Origin: Candidatus Paceibacter sp.
Lineage (GTDB): Bacteria; Patescibacteriota; Patescibacteriia; DYGC01
Assembly (NCBI GenBank): GCA_020724925.1
Contig: DYGC01000003.1
Location: 1-40,262 of the forward strand
DNA: 40,262 nucleotides
Direction of reading: 5' to 3'
Each line of letters begins with the position of its first letter. The stretch's first letter is position 1. The translations under genes and the position numbers were made by a program. Shown here piece after piece: positions 1-7,921 of this stretch. The notes beneath the pieces were generated by a model, which was not told the origin of the DNA, searched no databases, and was given only the letters and a program-made list of their open reading frames with translations.

Positions 1-684
1 TCCGACGAAGCTTGTTCCAGTGTTAATTTAGGATGTTTGCCTGATTCAACCGAGCCTTGCCAATATGCTTTTGTTGATACCAATACCGGTGATGCCTTTG
101 CTTCCGCCCCTTTGTTTATTGATCCTAGTGATTATCGGATTAATTTTTACGAAGAATCTTCCAGCCGTTTATCTTTTGTGACCGAAGCGGAAATGATTTT
201 TAGTCGTAGCAGTGCCGGAGGCGATGAGGAAGATTTGTGCTCATCTGATAATGCGTTGGATGATAGTTCTACTGCAATCGATACTAGTGGTATTACTTTT
301 GGTCAAGTTAATAAATTAAAGGATAAGGAAAAAGGTAATGCTAAGGATAATGGTTGGGGGCAAACCAAGCATGCTGAAAATGTTTGGACTGAATATTCTT
401 GGGCACAGGGAAAATTATTAAATAAGATGCGTATTTGGTCCCATTTTGCCAATGGCGCCGAAGCGATTAAAGATTTTCAAATTATTGCTTCCAATAATCG
501 GGTTGATTGGGTGACCTTGTATACCGGGGTTCATCCGGGGGAATTACAAAATGAGTTTGTTGATTATTTTTTTCCAAATAATACTGCTTATAAATATTAT
601 CGTTTAGTGGTTAGCAGTAATTATCCCGGTGATGGTGGTGATGACGTTGGTTTGGATGAAGTGGAAATGTCTTGTCAAAATTAA
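1..684 (+). CDS. C-terminal part of a protein ending in an F5/8 type C (discoidin)-like domain; 5'-truncated by the window
   Basis: Frame 1 is open from base 1 (SDEACSSVNLGCLPDSTEPC...). The C-terminal pattern W.EY...KMRIW...IKDFQIIASNN..DW...YKYYRLVVSSN...GLDEVEM resembles discoidin/galactose-binding domains. Confidence 0.6.
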   Translation, partial: SDEACSSVNLGCLPDSTEPCQYAFVDTNTGDAFASAPLFIDPSDYRINFYEESSSRLSFVTEAEMIFSRSSAGGDEEDLCSSDNALDDSSTAIDTSGITFGQVNKLKDKEKGNAKDNGWGQTKHAENVWTEYSWAQGKLLNKMRIWSHFANGAEAIKDFQIIASNNRVDWVTLYTGVHPGELQNEFVDYFFPNNTAYKYYRLVVSSNYPGDGGDDVGLDEVEMSCQN

Positions 685-711
685 TATCTTTCTTTCTTAA
701 ATCAAAAACAT

Positions 712-1122
712 ATGGCAAAAAGCAAAAAAAGTCAGTCATTTCCGTCTAAAAAGAAATTTTTTGACGTCGATGCTAATCTTTTCATTAAATTGGTTTTAGT
801 GATTGTGATTAGCAGTTTGTTTCTAATTGCGATTTTATCAATTATTAATAAGGTTTGGGAAAGAGATTCCCAATTGATGCCGGTAAATTCCAACATGGCT
901 GATTATTTGATTGAGAAAAGAATTCCTGACACTAATGAACCATTACCGCTGGAAGAAAATGAAGAGCCAATTATGTGTACCATGGAATATATGCCGGTTT
1001 GTGCATGGAAAAGCGATGGGATTTGTACAGGCGTTGAGGATTGTCCTCATCAAACTTATGGAAACCGTTGCGTGGCCGGAGCAGAGAAAGCCAACATTAT
1101 CAGTGAGGGTGAGTGTGAATAA
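712..1122 (+). CDS. Single-pass membrane protein with C-terminal Kazal-like Cys domain
   Basis: Basic N-terminus, hydrophobic LFIKLVLVIVISSLFLIAILSII, then CTMEYMPVC...QTYGNRC...GEC, matching the Kazal pattern CxxxYxPVC...TYxNxC. Confidence 0.65.
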   Translation: MAKSKKSQSFPSKKKFFDVDANLFIKLVLVIVISSLFLIAILSIINKVWERDSQLMPVNSNMADYLIEKRIPDTNEPLPLEENEEPIMCTMEYMPVCAWKSDGICTGVEDCPHQTYGNRCVAGAEKANIISEGECE

Positions 1123-1132
1123 TTACTAACTT

Positions 1133-2188
1133 ATGACGATTGATTCTGGCATAAATCGAGGATTGGACTTAAAAGCTGGAGAAGGACATTTTCAGGAACA
1201 GCTTATTGATTTGAAAAAATTGGTTTTTCCGCAAGATTTCACAAAAGCTTTGGAAGTTTTGCGTTATCGTGTGCCAGCGGAACATTATTATCAGTTATGG
1301 GGTGAAGGAAATCATAACAATGATTTAGCTTTGGGGAAATTTTTTCAGCAAGTCAGTGCGTTATTATGGAATTTACGTCGATATTTGCAAAATCATCAAA
1401 AATTGGAGGAGTATAGTTATAACTTGAATTATCAAAAGGCTGATGAAAATAATACCTTTTTGAAAGATGTCTTGACGCAAAATCAGGAGTTATCAAAAAT
1501 TTTTGATAAAATTTCTTTGTTTGGTAGTGACGATTTGATCGCCGGTACAGCCGAGCGTTTGAAAAAAATTGCTTTTGAGGATCGGGATTATGAGCGGTTT
1601 TTTATTATAAGAATTAATGATTTACTTCGTTTGTGCCAATGGTTTTTGTGCGAGAATTGGAAAAAATTGTATTATTTAAATCTAAAGGAAAAAGGGCAGG
1701 ATGCTACAAGTACTTGGGTAGAACCGGTTTTTAAAGAATTTTCCAGTCCTTATGTTTTGTCAAAAAACGCTTTGTATTTACGAGAAAAGATTCTTGGCCA
1801 ATATGAATATAAATCAGCGTTTTCCGTGACTGATTTGGCGATTGCTGAGCATCCTTTTTATTTTTTGGGATATGAACAGTCTAAACATCAGGATTTATTA
1901 AAAGCAGCCGAAGCAAGTGTTCAATCTAATGGTAATAATAATGGTTTTTCTTTGAATCGTTACGCCGCGGCTTATGGTGAGGATAATTTAAAGTGGACGA
2001 TTCAAGAATTAAAACCCCATTTCGAGCAAGTGGATAATTTGAATATGGAGCAAGTGGGGGCGTTGCAAGAATTGTCGGATTTGTTAGCGGATTATCAATT
2101 GGGATCTTATCCGTTATTGGATTTGCAGGTTTATGATTTGGTGAGAGATAAAATTAGAAAAGTTTTTGATATTAAATTTTGGGTATGA
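1133..2188 (+). CDS. Hypothetical protein (351 aa, probably helical)
   Basis: Long ORF with ATG start; its stop overlaps the next start (ATGA, 2185-2188). No recognisable motif. Confidence 0.75.
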   Translation: MTIDSGINRGLDLKAGEGHFQEQLIDLKKLVFPQDFTKALEVLRYRVPAEHYYQLWGEGNHNNDLALGKFFQQVSALLWNLRRYLQNHQKLEEYSYNLNYQKADENNTFLKDVLTQNQELSKIFDKISLFGSDDLIAGTAERLKKIAFEDRDYERFFIIRINDLLRLCQWFLCENWKKLYYLNLKEKGQDATSTWVEPVFKEFSSPYVLSKNALYLREKILGQYEYKSAFSVTDLAIAEHPFYFLGYEQSKHQDLLKAAEASVQSNGNNNGFSLNRYAAAYGEDNLKWTIQELKPHFEQVDNLNMEQVGALQELSDLLADYQLGSYPLLDLQVYDLVRDKIRKVFDIKFWV

Positions 2189-4314
2189 GTTTAGAAACAG
2201 CTTTACAAACAACAAAGCCAGCTGAAATAACCCCTCCGCCCGAAGAAAATATTTCGGAACTTGTTTTGTCTACTCTACCTCAAGAAAAAGAAAAGCCCAG
2301 TGGGGTGGCTGATTTAAGTTTTAATCGAGAAAGAGTCATTAATACTAAAGCACCGGAATTGCCATCACGGGCGGAAAATGCTCCTGATTTTCGTAAGGAA
2401 TTAGAGGAGAGTATGTTGGAACGTGGTGGGCGCTCTTTATCATCACATGATTTGGCAGAACGTTTAGGAAATTTACAAAATCCGGATGATTTGAAAAAGA
2501 TTTTGGGGGAATTGAACCCAGCGGGCAGACCGGAAAATGCACAAACTGCCCTGAGTTTTTTGGAGAGTCGTGGTTTAGTAAAAGTTTTATTTGATTTAAA
2601 ACCGGGGGATCGGGTCTTTTCTTTTTTAACTCCCAGCGATGAGGCGACTTCTGTGAAAATTTTAAATCAAAATATTGGTCCTAATAAAAATGACAGTTTT
2701 ATCATTGCCAGAAAAGAACTATTTAGGAAAAATCTGTCCATGTATTTAACAGAATTGGATCAGGATTATAAACAGGGAGTTTTTAAATTGCGCGATGATT
2801 TGAGTGAGGAAAAGATTAAGGAATTTGAGACGCAGTTACCGGTTATTTTAAAAAAAATTAATCAGGAATTATTAACTTGGTTGAATGACCCCAAACATGG
2901 TAATTATAATGCAGCTAAGTCTTATAATATTACCTATGGTTCATATCAGGTTCCGGAAAATAATAATCCCGCTATTAGTGAACCGGTTAATAATTTATTG
3001 AGTGTTCAAAAATCTTTACAATTGGCCCAATTAAATCGAGGAATGGAATTATCAGCAGCTAATAAAGAATTTTCCCCGGAAATTTTTAATGAACATTTAG
3101 GCAAATTGGCTAATTTAAAAGGTGAGTTGCAAGGTTTTGCTTCAATTACTGATAAAAATGGTGATACTTATCAGATTTTTGGGGCGGATGGCCAGTTGAA
3201 TCGAGATTTGATTCGTTTGCATCGTAAAAATGGTTTAAAGGTTGATGAGGGTGATGCCAATAAAGTTTTGATTAAGGAGAAAATATCCGAATATATTAAA
3301 GCTATTAACTTTATTGATTTTTTTAAACCATACGCCCTTGATGAATTATCTCCTAAAGCAGAAAGCCCGGGAAAATTTGAAGAATTGCAGGCTCGACATA
3401 ATTTGGCACAAAAAATTAAAGCTTATCAAAATGGTGATACCAATGTGAAATTTGATGCAGCGGAGGTAGCGTTATTGGGGCAGTCGATTAACAAGGAAAA
3501 TAAAGATGCCAATTTCGATTCTGAAGTGCAGTTCGTCAGTAAATCTTTAGCCATTGATAATTGTACTTATTTATCAATGGATATCGTTGATGTCGGCGTC
3601 GATCAGTTATTGTCTTACGAGAATATGGTTAATGATTTTCAAGCTAATCGTTTTGACAGCAAAAAGAGTCAGACCTTTGATTCGGAAAGGGTTTTGGCGT
3701 CAGTCGGTGACGAAGTAACGAAAAGGTTGCGAGAAGTTAGAGCGAAACTGAAAGAAGTTTTTACTAAACGTGGTTTGGGTGATGTTAATTTTTTGGTCGG
3801 TGGTGATGAATTTACTATTAGTTTGCCAAGTGATAAGGTAAGCGATGAATTGTTATTTGATTTAAGAATAGCTGCCAAATCGTTTAATGGGGCACGCTTG
3901 GTGAAAACGGATCGGGTGACTGCTTCGGGTACTGATTTGAAAACCAGACAATTAGAGCATGCTCGCGCTTTGATTCAATCCGAACAGGGGATAGAAGAAT
4001 CAAAATTATTGGAAAAAAGAATTGCTAATTTTAAACAAAGTTTAGTAACTAAATTATTAGGGGAAAAGGGAGATTTAGAGCAAAAACTTGGGAAAAACCT
4101 TAAGGATTCTGAAATATCTGACCTTGTTCAACGTTCTATTGATGATAGTGGAATTGACAATTTTATCATTGTTCAGGAGGCGGATGGGGATATCGTTAAG
4201 TGGCCGGCCGGAATCAAATTTTCCGGAGCTTCGGCCGAGGAATTGTTAGATGATTGGGAAGCGAAAACCCGAGCGTCTCTAAGTGATGAGGAATATTTAA
4301 GAAATAATTTATAA
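2185..4314 (+). CDS. Hypothetical protein with two GGDEF/Cas10-palm-like modules (first degenerate, second with DIVDVG and GGDEF)
   Basis: ATG at 2185 overlaps the upstream stop. Motifs: KILNQNIGPNKND (2656-2694), DIVDVG (3580-3597, in YLSMDIVDVG) and GGDEF (3799-3813, in FLVGGDEFTI). Confidence 0.55.
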   Translation: MSLETALQTTKPAEITPPPEENISELVLSTLPQEKEKPSGVADLSFNRERVINTKAPELPSRAENAPDFRKELEESMLERGGRSLSSHDLAERLGNLQNPDDLKKILGELNPAGRPENAQTALSFLESRGLVKVLFDLKPGDRVFSFLTPSDEATSVKILNQNIGPNKNDSFIIARKELFRKNLSMYLTELDQDYKQGVFKLRDDLSEEKIKEFETQLPVILKKINQELLTWLNDPKHGNYNAAKSYNITYGSYQVPENNNPAISEPVNNLLSVQKSLQLAQLNRGMELSAANKEFSPEIFNEHLGKLANLKGELQGFASITDKNGDTYQIFGADGQLNRDLIRLHRKNGLKVDEGDANKVLIKEKISEYIKAINFIDFFKPYALDELSPKAESPGKFEELQARHNLAQKIKAYQNGDTNVKFDAAEVALLGQSINKENKDANFDSEVQFVSKSLAIDNCTYLSMDIVDVGVDQLLSYENMVNDFQANRFDSKKSQTFDSERVLASVGDEVTKRLREVRAKLKEVFTKRGLGDVNFLVGGDEFTISLPSDKVSDELLFDLRIAAKSFNGARLVKTDRVTASGTDLKTRQLEHARALIQSEQGIEESKLLEKRIANFKQSLVTKLLGEKGDLEQKLGKNLKDSEISDLVQRSIDDSGIDNFIIVQEADGDIVKWPAGIKFSGASAEELLDDWEAKTRASLSDEEYLRNNL

Positions 4315-4318
4315 TTTT

Positions 4319-5260
4319 ATGAGAAAAATTTTAGTAATTGTCTCTTTGGCGTTATTTTTTGGCGCGGTATCATTTTTGGCCTTTTATAATATTGCCAACC
4401 ATGATGAAAGTTTAAAAGATTTTCCGCGTGATATTATTCAAGAAAACAAAATTCCCGGCGGGGAGCCAATAATTGAGGAAGAACCGTCCAATGTTGGTGA
4501 TGAAACTCCGGAAGAAGAGTTCGTTCCCGGTAACTCTGAGAATTTACCGGATTCATCTTTTGAAAATGAGAATATTAAAGTGACGCAAAGGGAAATTATT
4601 GCAGATGAAAATGCTTTATTTGTCAGTGGTGAAGCTAGAACCTTTGAATCTATCGTTAATTTTAAATTATTTGATTCCAACGGAAATTTAATTGTGGAAG
4701 ATTCAACCATGGCCAACACTCACGTGGAAGGCGTTTGGGGACGGTTTTCCAAAGTTATTAATTTTGCTGCTCCTAGCACGGTGCGTGGTACTTTGCAAGT
4801 TTTTCAATACTCGGCCGTAGATTTGCAAGAAATTGATAAAATCATGGTTCCGGTTTATTTTCAATATAATGATCAAATGGAAGTTAAGGTTTATTTCAAT
4901 CATAATGCCAAAGCCGGTATGCCGGATGAATGCAGTTACACGCGAGTGGCTTCTCGTTATATGGCTAGAACCACGGGCGTGGCGCGCGCCGCCTTAACCG
5001 CTTTATTGCAAGGTCCGACCAATGATGAAAAGAATAATGGTTATTTTTCCAATATTCCGGTTGGTACCACTTTGAATAGCATTAGAATTGAAAATGGTAC
5101 CGCTTACGCTGATTTCAGCGAAGAGTTGAATAATACCGGCGGAAGTTGCGCCGTTGGTGGAATTTACGCTTCCATCAGTGATACTTTAAAACAATTTTCC
5201 ACCGTGCAAAATGTGGTGATTTCTGTCAATGGGCGAACTGAGGATATTTTGCAACCCTAA
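4319..5260 (+). CDS. Membrane-anchored protein with Gmad2 Ig-like and GerMN domains
   Basis: N-terminal TM segment. VSGEARTFESIVNFKLFDSNG is Gmad2-like. AALTALLQGPT...GTTLNSIRIENGTAYADFS...LKQFSTVQNVVISVNG is GerMN-like. Confidence 0.8.
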   Translation: MRKILVIVSLALFFGAVSFLAFYNIANHDESLKDFPRDIIQENKIPGGEPIIEEEPSNVGDETPEEEFVPGNSENLPDSSFENENIKVTQREIIADENALFVSGEARTFESIVNFKLFDSNGNLIVEDSTMANTHVEGVWGRFSKVINFAAPSTVRGTLQVFQYSAVDLQEIDKIMVPVYFQYNDQMEVKVYFNHNAKAGMPDECSYTRVASRYMARTTGVARAALTALLQGPTNDEKNNGYFSNIPVGTTLNSIRIENGTAYADFSEELNNTGGSCAVGGIYASISDTLKQFSTVQNVVISVNGRTEDILQP

Positions 5261-5277
5261 GGCATAAATTGGTGGAA

Positions 5278-5409
5278 AAGGGCGAATTGTCATTCGCCCC
5301 TACACAAGAGACGCAAGGCATAATTTTACAAAAACAATGGATTTTGTGTGACAAAAAAATATTCGTGAATATAAATCTCTCCCGTAGGGGCGAATGACAA
5401 TTCGCCCTT
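5278..5409. repeat. Inverted pair of GTAG-tagged REP-like palindromes
   Basis: 5384-5409 GTAGGGGCGAATGACAATTCGCCCTT is the exact reverse complement of 5278-5303; 80-bp spacer; each unit has an internal GGGCGAAT/ATTCGCCC hairpin. Confidence 0.85.
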
Positions 5410-5592
5410 AGAGATTGCACAATTTCAGCGCACAATTATTCGCAAATTCTAACCTCCCCGAGCTAATGGGTGGCAAAAATTTCGGGATAATTCGGCAACG
5501 GTTTATAATAATAAAAATTATTGGAAATACAAATACAAAATTTTCCAGGATGACAAATTCTCATGACATAATTGGCTACAAATAAAAAAATC

Positions 5593-5620
5593 TTGCTTTC
5601 TTTTTGTAACGGTTTATAAT
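5593..5620 (+). promoter_or_regulatory. Putative sigma70 promoter
   Basis: TTGCTT-16 bp-TATAAT, 27 bp upstream of the ATG at 5648. Confidence 0.5.
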
Positions 5621-5647
5621 AAAAATTAATAAATCATAAAAATACAT

Positions 5648-6988
5648 ATGAAAAACTCAAGATTTTTTATACTGATTGCGTTTTTGATAACAATAGCCTG
5701 GCCGGCAATGGGCCGGGCTGTTTCATTTTCGGCACAATATCTGGAAAACACCCGCGTTCGTAGCAGCCCGGAAGTTTTAGCCGATAATATTATGATGACT
5801 TTACCGGCCGGTAGCCTGGTGCAGGTTTTGGGTGAAAGCGGCTTATGGTATAACGTGGAATTGAAAACCGGCCAAATCGGTTGGTCAATGAAAGAATTTT
5901 TGAGCGCGACCGATAATCAATCATCAACCGAAACTGTTACGCCCACCGCGACCGCCGCTCCTGCTACGGGCTTATTGGGGCGCGTGACCGGTCGTTTATT
6001 GTTACAAGTTCAACAGCAAGGGCAAATTTGGTATGTGGATGTGCCTTCACAAAAAAGATATTTGGTCACCAAAGAGCAGGCTTTGCCGTTGTTTCGGGCT
6101 TTGTCTTTGGGCATCAGCAATAATGATTTGAGTAAAATTTTCCAGTGTGACGGTCAAGTTAAGCCGGCCAATGATTTAAGTAATCGTTTGAGTGGTCGTT
6201 TATTGTTGGCAGTGGAGGATTTAGGTCGGGTTTGGTATGTTTATCCGCCGCAAAATTGTCGTTACGAGGTTAGAACCGATAATATAATGGATTTGTTCCG
6301 TTCCTTGTCTTTGGGAATCACTGATGGCGATTTAAACGCGATTCCGATGGCCAGCGTGGTGGGCGGGTCTGGTTCCACCGCACCGAGCGGCAGCACTGCA
6401 AGCGCGAGTTCCAGTTCTAGTGCAACTTCCAGTCTTTCCGGTACGTTAACTAGTAGTCAATCAACGAATATTACAGATATCAATCAACCGCCGAGCCTTA
6501 ATTTGGCTGAGGTGGAAGCTTATTGGCTGCAGGAAGTAAATGCTTTGCGTTCAGCGGCTGGTTTGCGAACTTTAGTTAGTAATAAGTATTTACGAGCGAC
6601 CGCGCAAGAATGGGCGGTTTATATGGGACGTGATTTGGGCTATTGTACTCATGATCGGCCGGATGGCTCCAGTATGCACAAATGGATTGATACTAAAAAC
6701 ATTCCTTGGACGGTTCGTTATTCGGTTGGTGGCTGGAATACCAATTATTTCACGGAAAATATTGCTTACGGTTATACCAATGGAGCTTTAGCCAGTACAC
6801 AGAAAATGTTGGATGGTACTTTAAAATGGATTTTGGATGAAGCCAGCTATAATGGCCCGCATTACCGCACAATTTATCATCCGGATTGGAATTCCGTGGG
6901 AACAGGCTTTTATTTTCAAAAAGTCAGCGAGAATAATTATAAGATTTTTATTGCTTGGCATTACGGTAGTGTTGATTTAGGGAAGTAG
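5648..6988 (+). CDS. Secreted protein: SH3b-like domain, two 'GRLLLxV..G..WYV' repeats, Ser/Thr linker, CAP (SCP) domain
   Basis: Signal peptide; SH3b-like RVRSSP...GSLVQVLGESGLWYNV...GW; two ~50-aa repeats; CAP motifs NALRSAAGL, HDRPDGS, ENIAYG, HYRTI...SVGTG. Confidence 0.8.
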   Translation: MKNSRFFILIAFLITIAWPAMGRAVSFSAQYLENTRVRSSPEVLADNIMMTLPAGSLVQVLGESGLWYNVELKTGQIGWSMKEFLSATDNQSSTETVTPTATAAPATGLLGRVTGRLLLQVQQQGQIWYVDVPSQKRYLVTKEQALPLFRALSLGISNNDLSKIFQCDGQVKPANDLSNRLSGRLLLAVEDLGRVWYVYPPQNCRYEVRTDNIMDLFRSLSLGITDGDLNAIPMASVVGGSGSTAPSGSTASASSSSSATSSLSGTLTSSQSTNITDINQPPSLNLAEVEAYWLQEVNALRSAAGLRTLVSNKYLRATAQEWAVYMGRDLGYCTHDRPDGSSMHKWIDTKNIPWTVRYSVGGWNTNYFTENIAYGYTNGALASTQKMLDGTLKWILDEASYNGPHYRTIYHPDWNSVGTGFYFQKVSENNYKIFIAWHYGSVDLGK

Positions 6989-6998
6989 TCCCTGTTTT

Positions 6999-7224
6999 GC
7001 CATCCTGAACCATGTGCTGAACTTGTTTCAGTATTGTTTCAGGAAAGCAGGGAGATTGGGTCATCCTGAACTTGTTTCAGGATCTCTCCAATAAACTCTT
7101 CATTCCTTAAACGACGAGGGGGATAATAAGGATTAATTAAGAGATCCTGAAACAAGTTCAGGATGACTTAGGTCAACGATCCTGAAATAAGTTCAGGATG
7201 ATTTAGGTTAACGATATTGAAATA
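6999..7224. repeat. Cluster of GTCAT-tagged palindromic repeats (inverted pair, nested copy, tandem copy)
   Basis: 7060-7087 GTCATCCTGAACTTGTTTCAGGATCTCT and its exact reverse complement at 7140-7167; nested variant at 6999-7044; 35-bp-period copies starting at 7143, 7178 and 7213 (partial). Confidence 0.85.
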
Positions 7225-7264
7225 TTTTGGATTTGATCTGGGGTAGGATGATGATGCTTTTTTA

Positions 7265-7293
7265 TTGTTTTTATAATTTTTATGTATTATAAT
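7265..7293 (+). promoter_or_regulatory. Putative sigma70 promoter for clpP-xer-murE
   Basis: TTGTTT-17 bp-TATAAT upstream of the ATG at 7332; the context is AT-rich, so a chance match is possible. Confidence 0.45.
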
Positions 7294-7331
7294 GATAATT
7301 GCTAGGCTTTTTTATTATTAAATTGAAAAAT

Positions 7332-7916
7332 ATGTTAATCCCTACCGTTATTGAAAAAACCAATTTGGGAGAGCGCGCCTATGACATTTATTCCCGGCTT
7401 TTAAAGGATAGAATCATCTTTTTGGGCACGGAAATTGACGATATGGTCGCCAACAGCGTCATTGCCCAATTGTTGTTTTTGGACAGCCAGGACTCTAAAA
7501 AAGACGTTAAATTGTATATTAATTCGCCGGGCGGCTCGGTAACCGCCGGTTTGGCGATTTATGATACCATGCAATACATCAAAGCCGATGTTTCCACCAT
7601 TTGCGTGGGTATGGCGGCCAGTATGGGAGCGGTTTTGCTCGCGGCCGGAGCGCCGGGCAAGCGTTTTGCCCTGCCTAACTCGGAAATTATGATTCACCAG
7701 GTGATGGGTGGGATGCAAGGCCAAGCCAGTGATATTAAAATCCATGCCGAGCGCATTTTGGAAATCAAAAAGAAATTAAATGAGATTTTACATTATCACA
7801 GCAAGCAACCGATTAAGAAAATTGAAGTGGACACCGATCGTGACCATTTTATGAGTGCTTTGGAGGCTAAAAACTACGGTTTAATTGATAAGATTGTCGT
7901 TAATAAAAATAAATAA
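7332..7916 (+). CDS. clpP: ATP-dependent Clp protease proteolytic subunit
   Basis: MLIPTVIE...[36 protein letters not shown] (catalytic Ser), MIHQ, DRD. ATG 7332 preferred over TTG 7299. Confidence 0.97.
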   Translation: MLIPTVIEKTNLGERAYDIYSRLLKDRIIFLGTEIDDMVANSVIAQLLFLDSQDSKKDVKLYINSPGGSVTAGLAIYDTMQYIKADVSTICVGMAASMGAVLLAAGAPGKRFALPNSEIMIHQVMGGMQGQASDIKIHAERILEIKKKLNEILHYHSKQPIKKIEVDTDRDHFMSALEAKNYGLIDKIVVNKNK

Positions 7917-7921
7917 CCCCG

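Noticed and set aside
5304-5530. Decayed RAYT transposase next to the GTAG REPs
   Set aside because: No convincing HUH or WQR-type motif in any continuous frame; the resemblance is too weak to support.
7143-7224. 35-bp periodic palindromic repeats as a CRISPR array
   Set aside because: Only about 2.3 units, the intervening sequence is itself repeated rather than unique, an inverted copy is present, and no cas genes are in the window.
7299-7331. TTG-initiated N-terminal extension of ClpP
   Set aside because: It begins right at the predicted TSS; ATG 7332 gives the canonical MLIPTVIE start.
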